The notes under the pieces are model-generated. The model made no database searches. It was not told where the DNA came from and worked only from the letters and a program-made list of their open reading frames with translations. This document shows, piece after piece, positions 23,701 to 32,385 of a DNA stretch of 64,000 nucleotides. This DNA comes from a virus (lineage: Duplodnaviria; Caudoviricetes): positions 32,001-96,000 of the IMG/VR virus record IMGVR_UViG_3300042862_000163; one strand, given 5' to 3'. Every line of letters starts with the position of its first letter. The first letter of the stretch is position 1. The position numbers and the translations under genes are program-made.

Positions 23701-26700
23701 TCTAATGGTTACAAAGAACTTCTTATTGATTTAGGTATAGAAGATCTTGGTACTGAGTTTGTAATGAAAGATGGTACATCTATATCAGAAACATTAATGA
23801 GAGAAATGTTAAGAAGAGAAGTATCAGATAATTCAAAAGATACTCTTGAACTTAATGAAGAAAATCAATTCATTATCCCATTTGAAGCATCCCCTTCTTA
23901 TACACAGATTAGAAGTATTCTTTATTCTATGATAGATAAAGCTATTGGTTCTCCTAAAATGACTGGAGGAGCGCATGTACAAATGCCTGCAACAATGCTT
24001 GAATCTGCTACTAAAGGTAGAAGTATTGTTATGAAGAATGAGAAAGGAATTTGGGAGAAGATAACAAAAGAGAAGTATGCTACATTAAATGCTGCACAAA
24101 AAGCTAATGTTATGCTTACAGATGATACATTGAAATTTTACACAAGAACTGAAAAATGGTGTGAAGTTTATATGCCTCATTGGTTTAAAGATAAGTTCAA
24201 AGGTAAATTTAAAAATGATAGAGAATTATTAAACTATCTTAATGGTACAACAGAAGGAAAAGCTATTCTTTCTGGTATTGGATTTAGAATTCCTACACAA
24301 GCACTATCTTCTGTTGAGGTGTTTAGAGTGAAAGGGTTTCTTCCACAATACATGGGAGCAACAGTTGTTGTACCATCAGAAATTACTACTAAAGCAGGAT
24401 CAGATTTTGATATTGATAAATTGAACATGTATCTTAAATCTGTATATGTAGATAGTAAAGGTGACATCAAGTTAGTTAAGTATTTAGATTCTGAAGAAGC
24501 TACAAAAGAATTTTTTAGTAGAATATATGATGAAACTATTTTAAAAGATATACAAAAGATCAAAGACTCTGATGCATTTAGAGAAGAGTTGTATAACTTT
24601 CTTGATCCTACAAGAGTTGTTTCAGAAGTAGGAGCTATAAGACAACAAGTTTTTTATGATCAAAATGAAGCAATCATTAATGAGATTATATCACAAGCAG
24701 ATGCTGCTGATAAAGATCCTGTAGATTACATCAATAATCAGATTCAAATGTTAGCTGGTAAAGAAGCCAAGTTAAATGCTAAATTATTAAATGATACATT
24801 AAGAAATAGATATGTTAAAGAGATGTATAAAAATTCTCTTGAGAATGAATACTATGATTCTCTTGAGAAACTTATAACATTACCAGAAAACTTTGATAGA
24901 CTTATCTCTCCTATTGATGATGCAGGATTAAAAAAATTAGCAGGTGAATTAGATACATTAAGACAAACTGATGAGACTAGTATTCCAAATAGAATTCTTA
25001 ATAGAAACTTTATGACTTCTTTAAGAAACTCGTTTGTAATGGGTAAAAAATGGGTAGGTATTGTAGCTGTTAATATTACAAACCTTTCATTGAAACAAAA
25101 GAGTCAAGTGTACATTGATCCTAAAAGATTTCAACTTGTATCTTTAGATGATCAAGTGTTATTAGGAGATGGAACCATAGCTTTAAAACATAATACAACT
25201 AAAGTTAATGGTGAAGAGTTTGTATCTTTATCAGGAACTACAGTGAAAGATTCTACAGAATTAATATCTAACAGATTATCTGGATACGCAACTGCTGTAG
25301 TGGATGTAGCTAAAGATGACTTTATTACTAGAATTATACAATCAGATCTTGTTATAGGTACATTTATGTTCCTTGAGAATATAGGTGCAGGAAGACAGAC
25401 AGCTTTCTTCTTGAATCAACCTATTATATCTGAGTATTTAAAAATTGTAAATGCTAACAATGCATCTAACTTATTTGATAAAAAGAACATCGAATTAGTT
25501 AAAGATAAGTTTGGATCAAAGGTTACATTTATTAAATCTAGCACAATAAATCTTGATAATTTAGAAAGTAATATTTCTGATTATTATTCTGATGTAAAAT
25601 TTGATGAAACTAGAAATGCAGAACAGTTAAAGATATTCTCTGAATTCCTTAAGTATGCTAAAATGGCTGAATATAATTTCAGTTTTACACAAGCTACTAA
25701 TTATGATACAAGTAGATTTGGATCTGGAGATATGTTTGCTAGAAAAGAATGGCAAACACAAGCAGCTAAGGATGTAAACATAATATCTTCTGTAGAAAAT
25801 ATACTTAATTCTACTTTTATAGGTAAACAATCTAAGTTTATGTCTAAATCAATGCAAGCAATGAGTGCTGTATTTAATCTAGAAAGAGATGACTTGAGAA
25901 TTATTACAGAAAGTATAATGAAGGTTTATGGTAAGAACAAGTATTTAAGTCAAGAGAATTTTAATAAAATTTCTAATAAAGCTAAAATGGCTTTCTTAGA
26001 CTATATTATACAGACTAAGACAGAATTGAGTGATAGAACATATGCATTACTTATCAATCCAAAGTCATGTGTTGCTGTTAAGTTAGAGAGAGCAAAAATA
26101 AGATATCCATTTATTCAAATTCTAAAAGAGTTACAAGTTACTCCATCTGATAGAATAGATGGAGCTAAGAGTATTCAACTTAGAGTTAACGATAAATCTG
26201 CTGAAAGTGAAAACTTAAATCAGGAAATGATGAGAGAGCTTAGAGATTACAATGAAGAAACAAAAGAACTATATAATGATATTGTATCAGTTGCTATCCT
26301 TCAAGGAAGTTATCAATCAGCAATATCTATAAAGAATATTATTCCTATTGAAGATTATTCTGCTATTGTAACTCCTGTTGTAACTTCTATATCTTCAACA
26401 GAATCATTAAAAGCATTCAGTGAAGGATTCTTTGAAAGAAATAATTTTGATGATCAATTGATTATGCCTAGAGTGATTCCTTTCTTTAAAGAGAAAGTAG
26501 AACCAGGTGATGATCCATTTTCAGAATATAGAAGATACACATCTGATTCATTTCCTACATTAGAAGGATTAGGTCTTGATACAATGGACAGACAAGTTAT
26601 GCTTATTACAGATAAGTACAATCAAAAAGCTATGAATAGTAATTATGTAGCTGTAAATAAAGTTACAAAACTTAAAGATGGTACAAGAGTAGATATAACA

Positions 26701-27123
26701 ACAGGTACCACAGTTACTAAAAAAGACTATGCTGTAAGACTTTCTAAAGGAGATTATTCTCTAAATGATGTAATAGGATATAAAAGAGTTTTGCTTTCAT
26801 CAGGAGAGCCATTGAGGATATTTGATTACAATGGAAACTTGCAATCTGTATACAAAATGGTTAATCTTTATGGAGATGGTGCTAAGGCTTCAGAATATTA
26901 CACAACATTTAGACCTTCTGTTATTGAAAATGGTACAATGCCAGTTAAAAGAGAAATAGAGGATAGAGATATTGTTAACTATTATGGTGGTGAAATTGCA
27001 AAAGAAACAGTATCTTTACCAACAGAAGCACCTACACAAATGACTGGACAACCTGAAGGAATATCACAAGAAGAATGGGATGGTTTATCTCAAGAAGAAA
27101 AAAATAAAATAAACGAATGTTAA
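14746..27123 (+). CDS. Giant virion-packaged DNA-dependent RNA polymerase polyprotein (crAss-like, phi14:2 gp66 type)
   Basis: 4125 aa; catalytic GSDFDIDKL (DFDID at 24403-24417) preceded by GFRIPTQALSS; Gly/Ala hydrophobic N-terminal region; degenerate zincin-like YHEVMEAV. Confidence 0.9.
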   Translation: MPDFDKNLQPIIKDSSIPFEHINIGAPKPAAPINVGSNDFSLPTLAKNDDDVFAILDNISRTTDFNEKGAFVTNATLKANQRYKEYNPIIANQEDFAAYGQGSAEKAFNGVVKGANLVGTTIAGGFGMLYGAGKAILPGGKFSDIWDNPIMQGLDKWNNKVDQEYLPNYYTDKEKNAEWYQRDNWMTTNFLFDKLIKNSGFAVGAMVSGNIANGVLGAAGAALGGFAAEGALLAEASQGFKLFTPLLRGTARAFSAAKNVEAAAILEKNLSSIANITSQAAELEVLGIAKSTLKYAGFNDAARRTAIAAYSSAGEASFEALQTSNEYKKSLIQKYTNENGHAPTGIDLENINDLTASVGATSFLGNMALLTVTEFQQLPNLLGSSYKTTKNAANSLLGKVDNVILKDGKYVSDVVAPSTRFGKLYGSAKRVGGYMFDPKEGGQEIGQYALQVGTQHYFEKGKQNRSSSDVLDAILESAQYGFLDEKKGALRSKEGIEGGIIGALTGGVMQTFGANGTIAENKQVKTNTEKFINGLNDAPTFQQAFLQRMESINRGVALQKQYQDAVIQGDKLEALDTQTDMMHNYLTSRINYGKFDMVMDDITELKQMGMSKEGLATLKEQGIGNIEDTVDSFQKRLNNFEQIAKNTNDIIKSTNLRFSGEVLTDEDNNPILSPDGKQLRKYSPYVIDKLVYAASKIADYDVRIPLVNQSLSATGINTFDVLQSIIKNNKPSREATDEVLKQINDMDVLSDVKDGLKTVLSDTIELSLRRKTFMQEYDDIKRKPLNYETKPEFLFGASEELDVKVEQQEKVKGKRKPLITEKELEVNKEYSLKEPLRKEGSTLQLAPKITVLSQTLGGEFEVRLPNGQIKFITPTEFKNYNISDEDNTSDEMETIFDKAIDTVLDREEYLEYNIELKTAGPKNVYDKRAFVNDLDNQKLIDAIEKEFNKQAGELIEKKEKQIAQQKQLIQNKEQIIKQQTELEHDSGSIATSNQIPAEPFKEGKLIDAEALFLSSTTESEGIEDATKSAQHIKNSRVFLNNIAEFPNRSNIRAILLTPKQVAGLNLNGLVQMSYGKESTVSVDSIEDVNSIDNGFVAQVFVEQNKDGLFYVNKEGKIIGKVGEDLGDSLRDVIFQTMRTTSLHYRNGNPRYRSEQEDEARAYAAAWKAYRTKLFNAGATEFPTFEFFVSSGIPIEIKTAEGIKEKNHVGGILIKEELITNQANLIVIPTKKTITNSRGEIQKAANGVPMLQYGDTLQFLNNRSFNNREAEGIYETIRRIANQTVEQSNTGQAISFNRQFTKFLQNVLYWKSKADTASPNQIGIDVNTLSLNLGNKSFPLAEIDNYKKEIIDHLTDTETFNSINTKTLTDLQSAPFEEWYINQEGNFVSSKWANYQTYLLSSTYPSGKARPIGDTPLSTSIAKPTEAIPYSFQQRYSTITQPDDFNVQVIVATAKKEEKKEEAPAPKTFEFKAGPVEYTSQEDADGNFIVEVERNATTKAVAADTNSLDVVINALKAADKFDASIPKGQEETYVTDFMAMQIAASLKAENLKQQEAPVAEEVVQPMAPPEVVAQQDIEKRKTKVISSEVVEKGSRKGQTRTVTQTNSIEEVEGTLVSVTEYEAKVGDTTVTLGGKTMTVKEFKEEFPLDEDYEGIFEGLDDDAKITVRKVKRTPTNSRFDSIVSIMSAEFGKMDVGTKKNDNTYNAELAALEGGEETNIGKEIIAVAPFNKGTITGKIVSVIENKAKKGLYSIILDNGERVSGSFEDNKFTWIKEEETPPSEFPSGDFRRVGLNDKDRMTDADFEIFKEWAAETLPLIPWEDLEHMITISPNEKAWGVFENGVAKFVKGGLRGTEYHEVMEAVWKGLLTSEQRQALLNEFKNKNGFFTDRQTGKKIPFLEATDLQAKERIMDDFSDFRLGKIPARSLGEFVRRLFNKILNFFKTFNNKPSLKQELFEAINAGKFKEKALSPESITSAPEYRTVEDLTVQQANNFVQDILARASGILFRDGEKGLLFNPQGITGTEMFNKVEEMYIKEGRRQLLSDNAWEQLKERVKDKLRIQGINFNEEEVHNINNDETNKNDYVSDPFTVEGKKSATPAVKFLLSTQIERESTNQESAITLNTPPPSYSEMKVKGFPIKGYKLMDYSRTFATLLDKLSNSSSVSKFTDKLFNLAQDDANYVGVFQKIGGKDKVIPFSEFKANDWRLFIDFMQTFARQKPDALIQYKSIDSVHTGAANLFTANKQTQQYWMENIKTLAKGTGTIVNFNNKTYTIDQEALQSMPLRKSKDMVAFLNAIGIEFDLDTYNKLKSYQKTGKNGFNEQVQSIYAFFGSNNNLMSISGKTLDIDGPLSRLAELYNTVNNPSQESTYFGVENQRIGAFSENNAPSIFENEFNEADTLTELKQTRTELNDIFSAGSQVLKEGGLFYDKDGKQIKEFKLSYIQGEDNQDTDKGTSTSKLKIGDRYTLEINQNLNGKYYILMPADGSTEWMMNIGNNVSFDSIAAGSYTDINAIFKGYLMDDINLALDYKTREKLLNVGDKAKELRFFKDILADEQLEAINKMIEDNESLDDIKKYIDTNIGAINNSVKEFIDGMNVGTKNVLVENKKIVVGEKTSKYLDLDGNFAKANSLNKNALTEKSVNDIINFANVNYIIANIEYHKILFGDPYQFAVKKDGSLDQTKRIKSWLSPRRTTFDSAEFNTFLNNNANETDGIKVDEYVYDAKTNTWTGDLGGHKFKSHTNTITIKDVTTAGSLANINKLFGDNNEADAVSWLMDTTHREVKLKNKQWDLEGPEEKFFQWQMAFTRTNLPGYKYSNSALEAHDKALMETEMPKHKLEILKPIVTGNKFNKNNFDQVLDKFSQVPVYYSMVKGTNLEKLYIQMMKQQIGYAIVESGRKVGTQEKHSLYNGDGSFNTEAFSEESIVQVPWKAYGIQVETASSDNKTQTRGSQLTKLASMDIFDNGEASSVEAEKEYNRNKDILDLMHSNGYKELLIDLGIEDLGTEFVMKDGTSISETLMREMLRREVSDNSKDTLELNEENQFIIPFEASPSYTQIRSILYSMIDKAIGSPKMTGGAHVQMPATMLESATKGRSIVMKNEKGIWEKITKEKYATLNAAQKANVMLTDDTLKFYTRTEKWCEVYMPHWFKDKFKGKFKNDRELLNYLNGTTEGKAILSGIGFRIPTQALSSVEVFRVKGFLPQYMGATVVVPSEITTKAGSDFDIDKLNMYLKSVYVDSKGDIKLVKYLDSEEATKEFFSRIYDETILKDIQKIKDSDAFREELYNFLDPTRVVSEVGAIRQQVFYDQNEAIINEIISQADAADKDPVDYINNQIQMLAGKEAKLNAKLLNDTLRNRYVKEMYKNSLENEYYDSLEKLITLPENFDRLISPIDDAGLKKLAGELDTLRQTDETSIPNRILNRNFMTSLRNSFVMGKKWVGIVAVNITNLSLKQKSQVYIDPKRFQLVSLDDQVLLGDGTIALKHNTTKVNGEEFVSLSGTTVKDSTELISNRLSGYATAVVDVAKDDFITRIIQSDLVIGTFMFLENIGAGRQTAFFLNQPIISEYLKIVNANNASNLFDKKNIELVKDKFGSKVTFIKSSTINLDNLESNISDYYSDVKFDETRNAEQLKIFSEFLKYAKMAEYNFSFTQATNYDTSRFGSGDMFARKEWQTQAAKDVNIISSVENILNSTFIGKQSKFMSKSMQAMSAVFNLERDDLRIITESIMKVYGKNKYLSQENFNKISNKAKMAFLDYIIQTKTELSDRTYALLINPKSCVAVKLERAKIRYPFIQILKELQVTPSDRIDGAKSIQLRVNDKSAESENLNQEMMRELRDYNEETKELYNDIVSVAILQGSYQSAISIKNIIPIEDYSAIVTPVVTSISSTESLKAFSEGFFERNNFDDQLIMPRVIPFFKEKVEPGDDPFSEYRRYTSDSFPTLEGLGLDTMDRQVMLITDKYNQKAMNSNYVAVNKVTKLKDGTRVDITTGTTVTKKDYAVRLSKGDYSLNDVIGYKRVLLSSGEPLRIFDYNGNLQSVYKMVNLYGDGAKASEYYTTFRPSVIENGTMPVKREIEDRDIVNYYGGEIAKETVSLPTEAPTQMTGQPEGISQEEWDGLSQEEKNKINEC

Positions 27124-27124
27124 T

Positions 27125-30100
27125 ATGGCACATTGTGTAAATAGAAGTTCTCCAGAATTTATAGCATTAGCTGAACAATCTAATATCAATCCAATAATTC
27201 TTGCTGCAAAGGTTTCTTTGTGGCAGGAAGTTAATGGTTTAGATAATTTTCCTGCATTAGAAAATATAGTAAAATCTACAGAAGAAAAAACTATACCACA
27301 AACTGCATCACCACAAACCCTTGCATTAATAAAAGATTTTATTAAACGTATTGGTGTTGATGCAAAATCAATGCAAAATATTGTAGTGAATGGCGTTAAG
27401 CAAGATGCTAATGGTGTGGCATTGCTTATGCAAAAACTTATTCAAGTAGTAGAGGGTACAGAAGCACAATCTCTTCCTGAAGAAGCTATGCACTTTGCTG
27501 TAGCTATTATTAAACAAACCAACCCTAAGTTGTATAAAAAATTGATGAGTGAAATAAATAACTATCAATTAAAGAATGAAGTGTTTGAAACTTATGGTAG
27601 TGATCCAGGATATCAATTAGATGGTAAACCAGATGTTATTAAACTTAAAGAAGAAGCTATTGCTAAAGTGTTAGTTGAAACTATAATTAACAATAATGAA
27701 AACAACCCTGAAAAACTAGAGCTTATAGCTAAATCACAATCATGGTGGAATGATATTATAGATTATTTTAAAAACTTATTCATGAAAAGTGGATTTGATA
27801 AACTGTCTATGAATATTATTTCAGGAAAGAATATAGGAACAGCTGAAGATATTAGAGAAGAGGAAGGTACATTCTTTTTACAAAAATCTAGACAAGAACA
27901 ATTAGTTAGTAGTATAAAAGAAATATCTGATAGAATAAGTTTAGATACAGTTAAGAATGATGCTGGTGGAGAAGATTCAAAATATTTTATTGATGGTAAA
28001 GAAATCAAATGGAGAGTTAGTAATATAACTAAAACTTGGTATGATATATTACGTAGAGATAAAGCATTGAATGATTCTGAATTTAAAAAAGCAGTTAACA
28101 CATTAAAGGCTGACAAAGGAACTGCTTTACATAAAGATACGGAACATGCTATGTCTATTCTTACTGATGATAGTGGTAAATTAAGAAGTAGAGAAGAGCT
28201 AAATGACATTATAGCTAATGATAATCATGTATCATTTGGAGATCCAAACAATAATGATATGTATCATCTCTTGAGAGATAATCTAAGAGCTCGTATGGAA
28301 TCATTTCCTAAAGATACTATATTCATGTCTGAAGTTACAATATACGATGCTAAAAGAGATTTAGCAGGCACCGTAGATTTTTTAGCTATTACACCTACAG
28401 GAAAGATTAATATATTAGATTGGAAATTTATTGGACTTGATACAGCTAAGTTTAAAGATATTCCTTGGTACAACGTTGCTTCTTGGAATAGACAAATGAA
28501 TCAGTATAAAACTATAATTAAAGATAATTATGGTGTAGAAAATAAAGATTTTGAACAAACAAGAATGATTCCTATCAAAGCTGTTTATTCAGAAGCTAAT
28601 GCAAAAACAGGAGCACTTCCTAATTTATTAAATGTAATAATAGGAGATGTTAATGTTAAAAATATTAAAGAAGATTATTTAATACCTGTTCCAGCTCCTG
28701 GAGAAAAAGTTATTATAGAAAACGATGTTGCAGCAAGTAAAAAAATTAATTTATTATTAGATAAATTGAATGATGTGTATGCAAAACTTTCTGAACAAAA
28801 AGCATTACCATCTGAAAGACTTAATAAATCTGAACAATTAAATGCTTTATATTCTGCAATTAGACAATTGCAAATGAAACAAGACATAGGACCTTTGTTA
28901 TATCAAGCTAAAGTGTTGAATGTGCAGATCCAAGGAATTATAGAAACATACAATACTAAATTCAAAGATGTAGATAGAGAAACTTTAAAAGGTGATGAAG
29001 TAGAAGATTTCACAAAAACAATGTTAGTAGCAGAAGATGCTTTACAACATTATACAACTTTGGATTTAGATTTAGATTTTCTTTTTGAAGGAAAAACTAC
29101 TGATGAAGAAAAAGCTTTAAAAGAAGAATTAAGAGAAACAGCTTATCAATCTAGAAAACTTAAAGAAACATTAGGTGAGTTATTTACAGAATTCACTGTA
29201 GATAATATTGGAGGTACAGAAAAAGGAGAGAAAGTTGTAAAAGATATATTTTCTAAATGGTTAGGAACAACTTCTACTATACAGATTAAAAGTGTTCAAG
29301 ATTTATTCAAAATGGCTAATGCAGCATTTGGACGTGCTGGTATGGATACACAATCAGAAGTTAAGAAATTAACAGAATTAAAAAAATCTTTTCAAGCATG
29401 GGCAAGTAACAAAGGTCTTACATCTAAAAATATGTTTTCTCTTATTAAGAAAAAAGGAGAGAATGAATTAATAGACCAATATCAAAACGAATTTTACAAA
29501 ACATTAACTTCTAAGATAGAAGCAAAAGATTTTGATTGGATAAGAGATAATGTTGATGTAGATGCATATAAAGAATATTTAGAAGAAAAATTAAAGACAG
29601 AATATAAAAGGATAGAAGATAAATCTAGAGTTGGTTCAGAAGAAGAGAATTATAATGCAGTGACTAGAGAACAATTTGAAGCTAAGAACTTATATGACAT
29701 ATCTACACCTAAATCTGTGGGATGGTTGCTATATAATGATATTAAGAATTTCCCAGTTGAAACTTGGGAATCTAAAGAATGGAAAGAATTACATGCTAAA
29801 GATACCAATGGTAATTATATAAATAAACCAGCTTTAGATTTTTATAATTATATTATAGAAAGAAATAATGAATATGCAAAAATAGGATATATACAAGATA
29901 AAACAGCTAGAACATTTCTTCCATGGGTTAGAAAAGGTTTTACAGAAAAACTTATATTTGGTGGAAACATAACAGTAGGAGAACAGTTTTTAAAAAGTAT
30001 ATCAGTTGATCCTGATGAAGTCGGATTTGGTTCTTTTGATCCAATTTCAGGAAAAATAATAAATAAGATTCCTAGATATCTAGTAAGTAAATTTGAAGAA

Positions 30101-31912
30101 GAGGCATCAGAAGATTTATTTAAAACTATGGCAATGTATAATGAATTTGCTATTAAGTTTCAGTATTTATCACAAATAGAAAATCAAGGAAGAGCATTGC
30201 TAAGACTTGAACAAAACAAAAAAGCTATTGCAACCTCTCAATTTGGAAAAACACAAAAGGATGAGTATGGTGAATTAGTATATACAAATGATAATAATGA
30301 GAACACTAAACTATATGAAGATATGTTCAAAGCTATTGTATATCAACAAAAGTATATACAAAGTGAAGCATTTGATCAATTGCTAGGAAAGTTTGGTAAT
30401 TTTGGTACAACTATAAATGATAAACTTGGATTTAAACTATTACCAGAAAATTTAGATGGAAGACAAATAAGTATTAATAAAGCTATAACACAATTAAATA
30501 ATACATTTCAAGTGACAGCTTTAGGTCTTAATATACTATCATCATCATCTAACTACTTTGGAGGTACAGCACAAGGGTTTATTAACGCTGGTAAGTATTT
30601 TACTAAAGCAGATTATGCAGCTACAGAAATGTGGTTACTAGGTAATAAAATGGGTGGTGTAGATAAACAGAAAATTCTTGCTGCACTTGAATATTTTATA
30701 CCATTCACAGACAATTATAATAAACAAGCTACAACGCATCTTTCTTTAAATAAATTAGATGAGCAAGCTGTGCAAGATTGGTTAATGATAATGATGAGAG
30801 AAGGAGATGAAGCTGTACAAAGATTAAACTTTTTTTCTTTCTTGAAAAATTCAATTGTTGTAGATGGTAAAGTGGTTAACTCTAGAGAATATTTAAAAAC
30901 TACAGAAGAGTATAAAGAATTTTATAAAGGAACTGAACAAGAAAGAAAAGATAGAGCTGATAAATTTGAAAAAGATGTAAAGGCTATTAATGAAAAACAA
31001 GGAGTATTAGCTTTAAGTACAGTAGAAAATGGTGAACTTATTATTCCTGGTGTAGATAGAAAATCTGATTCTGTAATAGAACTAAGAAGAAAAGTGCAAA
31101 GTTTTACTGCTGATGCTTTAGGTTCTATGACAGAAGAAAATAAACGTCTAATGAATTTAAATATATATGGAAACTCATTCATGGTATTTAAAAACTGGAT
31201 CCCAAGACTTGTAGATGTACGTATGGGTAATATTAAATACAATGCTGCTTCTGATGCTTATGAATGGGGAAGAACTAGAATGATAGCTAGATTTGTATCA
31301 GATGATCTTAAAGGAGCATTAGGTAATCTTAAAAATTCTTTAATGGGTAATGATAAAGGAATGGAATATATAAGAGAACTATATGAGAAAAAAAGAGCTG
31401 ATTATAAAGCTGATACTAATAAAGAACTTGAAATGACAGAAGATGAATTTATCGATCTTGTTAGAGCAAATATTAAGAATCAATTAATAGATGTATTATT
31501 CTATGCAGGATTGTGGGCATTGTTTTTAGGAATGAAAGCATTAGCTCCAGATGATGATGAAGATCCAGCTGTTAGAAGTCAATGGAACTTCATGCTTAAA
31601 GCAACAGATAAATTTAAAGATGAGGTTGGATATTTTTATAATCCTGGAAGTTTAACAAGTTTAGTATCAAAAGGAGCATTCCCAGCTATGGGACTTATAA
31701 CTAATTATGAAAAAGCATTAGGAGGATTTTTAAAAGAATCATATGCTTTAGGAACAGGAGATGATGAATCAGCTGAAAAGAATCAAGTTATAAAATATTG
31801 GATGAAAACAAATCCTATAACTAATCAAGCTGCAGGATTACTTCCTATGTTTTACCCTGCTTTAGCAAAAGATCTTGGTATAAAGATGCAATCCCAATAT
31901 GGTATAAGATAG
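27125..31912 (+). CDS. Large virion cargo protein with PD-(D/E)xK nuclease-like domain
   Basis: 1595 aa; KGTALH...SEVTIYD..LAGTVDFLAITPTGKINILDWKF (about 28110-28430); PEEAMH zincin-like remnant; hydrophobic segments near the C-terminus. Confidence 0.7.
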   Translation: MAHCVNRSSPEFIALAEQSNINPIILAAKVSLWQEVNGLDNFPALENIVKSTEEKTIPQTASPQTLALIKDFIKRIGVDAKSMQNIVVNGVKQDANGVALLMQKLIQVVEGTEAQSLPEEAMHFAVAIIKQTNPKLYKKLMSEINNYQLKNEVFETYGSDPGYQLDGKPDVIKLKEEAIAKVLVETIINNNENNPEKLELIAKSQSWWNDIIDYFKNLFMKSGFDKLSMNIISGKNIGTAEDIREEEGTFFLQKSRQEQLVSSIKEISDRISLDTVKNDAGGEDSKYFIDGKEIKWRVSNITKTWYDILRRDKALNDSEFKKAVNTLKADKGTALHKDTEHAMSILTDDSGKLRSREELNDIIANDNHVSFGDPNNNDMYHLLRDNLRARMESFPKDTIFMSEVTIYDAKRDLAGTVDFLAITPTGKINILDWKFIGLDTAKFKDIPWYNVASWNRQMNQYKTIIKDNYGVENKDFEQTRMIPIKAVYSEANAKTGALPNLLNVIIGDVNVKNIKEDYLIPVPAPGEKVIIENDVAASKKINLLLDKLNDVYAKLSEQKALPSERLNKSEQLNALYSAIRQLQMKQDIGPLLYQAKVLNVQIQGIIETYNTKFKDVDRETLKGDEVEDFTKTMLVAEDALQHYTTLDLDLDFLFEGKTTDEEKALKEELRETAYQSRKLKETLGELFTEFTVDNIGGTEKGEKVVKDIFSKWLGTTSTIQIKSVQDLFKMANAAFGRAGMDTQSEVKKLTELKKSFQAWASNKGLTSKNMFSLIKKKGENELIDQYQNEFYKTLTSKIEAKDFDWIRDNVDVDAYKEYLEEKLKTEYKRIEDKSRVGSEEENYNAVTREQFEAKNLYDISTPKSVGWLLYNDIKNFPVETWESKEWKELHAKDTNGNYINKPALDFYNYIIERNNEYAKIGYIQDKTARTFLPWVRKGFTEKLIFGGNITVGEQFLKSISVDPDEVGFGSFDPISGKIINKIPRYLVSKFEEEASEDLFKTMAMYNEFAIKFQYLSQIENQGRALLRLEQNKKAIATSQFGKTQKDEYGELVYTNDNNENTKLYEDMFKAIVYQQKYIQSEAFDQLLGKFGNFGTTINDKLGFKLLPENLDGRQISINKAITQLNNTFQVTALGLNILSSSSNYFGGTAQGFINAGKYFTKADYAATEMWLLGNKMGGVDKQKILAALEYFIPFTDNYNKQATTHLSLNKLDEQAVQDWLMIMMREGDEAVQRLNFFSFLKNSIVVDGKVVNSREYLKTTEEYKEFYKGTEQERKDRADKFEKDVKAINEKQGVLALSTVENGELIIPGVDRKSDSVIELRRKVQSFTADALGSMTEENKRLMNLNIYGNSFMVFKNWIPRLVDVRMGNIKYNAASDAYEWGRTRMIARFVSDDLKGALGNLKNSLMGNDKGMEYIRELYEKKRADYKADTNKELEMTEDEFIDLVRANIKNQLIDVLFYAGLWALFLGMKALAPDDDEDPAVRSQWNFMLKATDKFKDEVGYFYNPGSLTSLVSKGAFPAMGLITNYEKALGGFLKESYALGTGDDESAEKNQVIKYWMKTNPITNQAAGLLPMFYPALAKDLGIKMQSQYGIR

Positions 31913-31980
31913 TGTAAGATTAGTTACTATTAAAATATATTTATGTTATGCTATATTATGAAGAAAATATAATATTATCA

Positions 31981-32012
31981 TTTCGTTATAACAAATATAA
32001 AATTTATATTTG
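31981..32012 (+). promoter_or_regulatory. Putative Bacteroidota-type promoter for the lysis cassette
   Basis: TTCG, 19-nt spacer, TATATTTG (32005-32012) in the intergenic gap before 32064. Confidence 0.45.
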
Positions 32013-32063
32013 CTATAAAATAAAATAATTATTTTATATGTTGTAATATCAGGCAATATCATT

Positions 32064-32384
32064 ATGGAAAGCACATTTGAAAAACAAGTTGAAAAAGAAT
32101 TAAAAAGTATGGATCAGCGATTATATGATTTAGAAGACAAAATGACTTCTATAGACGCTAAATTAACACAAGTTGTGGACGCTATATTAGGTAACGCACT
32201 AACAAAAACTGGGGGGTTTGTTGCTGATTTAACTGAGCTTAAGTCTAAAATGAAAGAATTAGAAGATAAACTTCAAAAACAAGAAGAGTTCAAAAAGAGA
32301 TTCTCTTGGACAATTGGAATAATTATAGGAATTGGTGTACTACTTCAATATCTATCTACATTATATAAAAACATAAAAGGATAA
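32064..32384 (+). CDS. Coiled-coil membrane protein, putative holin/lysis accessory protein
   Basis: 106 aa; coiled coil plus one C-terminal TM helix; first gene of the lysis cluster. Confidence 0.5.
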   Translation: MESTFEKQVEKELKSMDQRLYDLEDKMTSIDAKLTQVVDAILGNALTKTGGFVADLTELKSKMKELEDKLQKQEEFKKRFSWTIGIIIGIGVLLQYLSTLYKNIKG

Positions 32385-32385
32385 A

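Noticed and set aside
1447-31242. Numerous 60-150 aa antisense or alternate-frame ORFs in the supplied track
   Set aside because: They lie wholly within long genes, are mostly antisense shadows with Ser/Ile/Phe-rich composition, and show no recognisable motifs.
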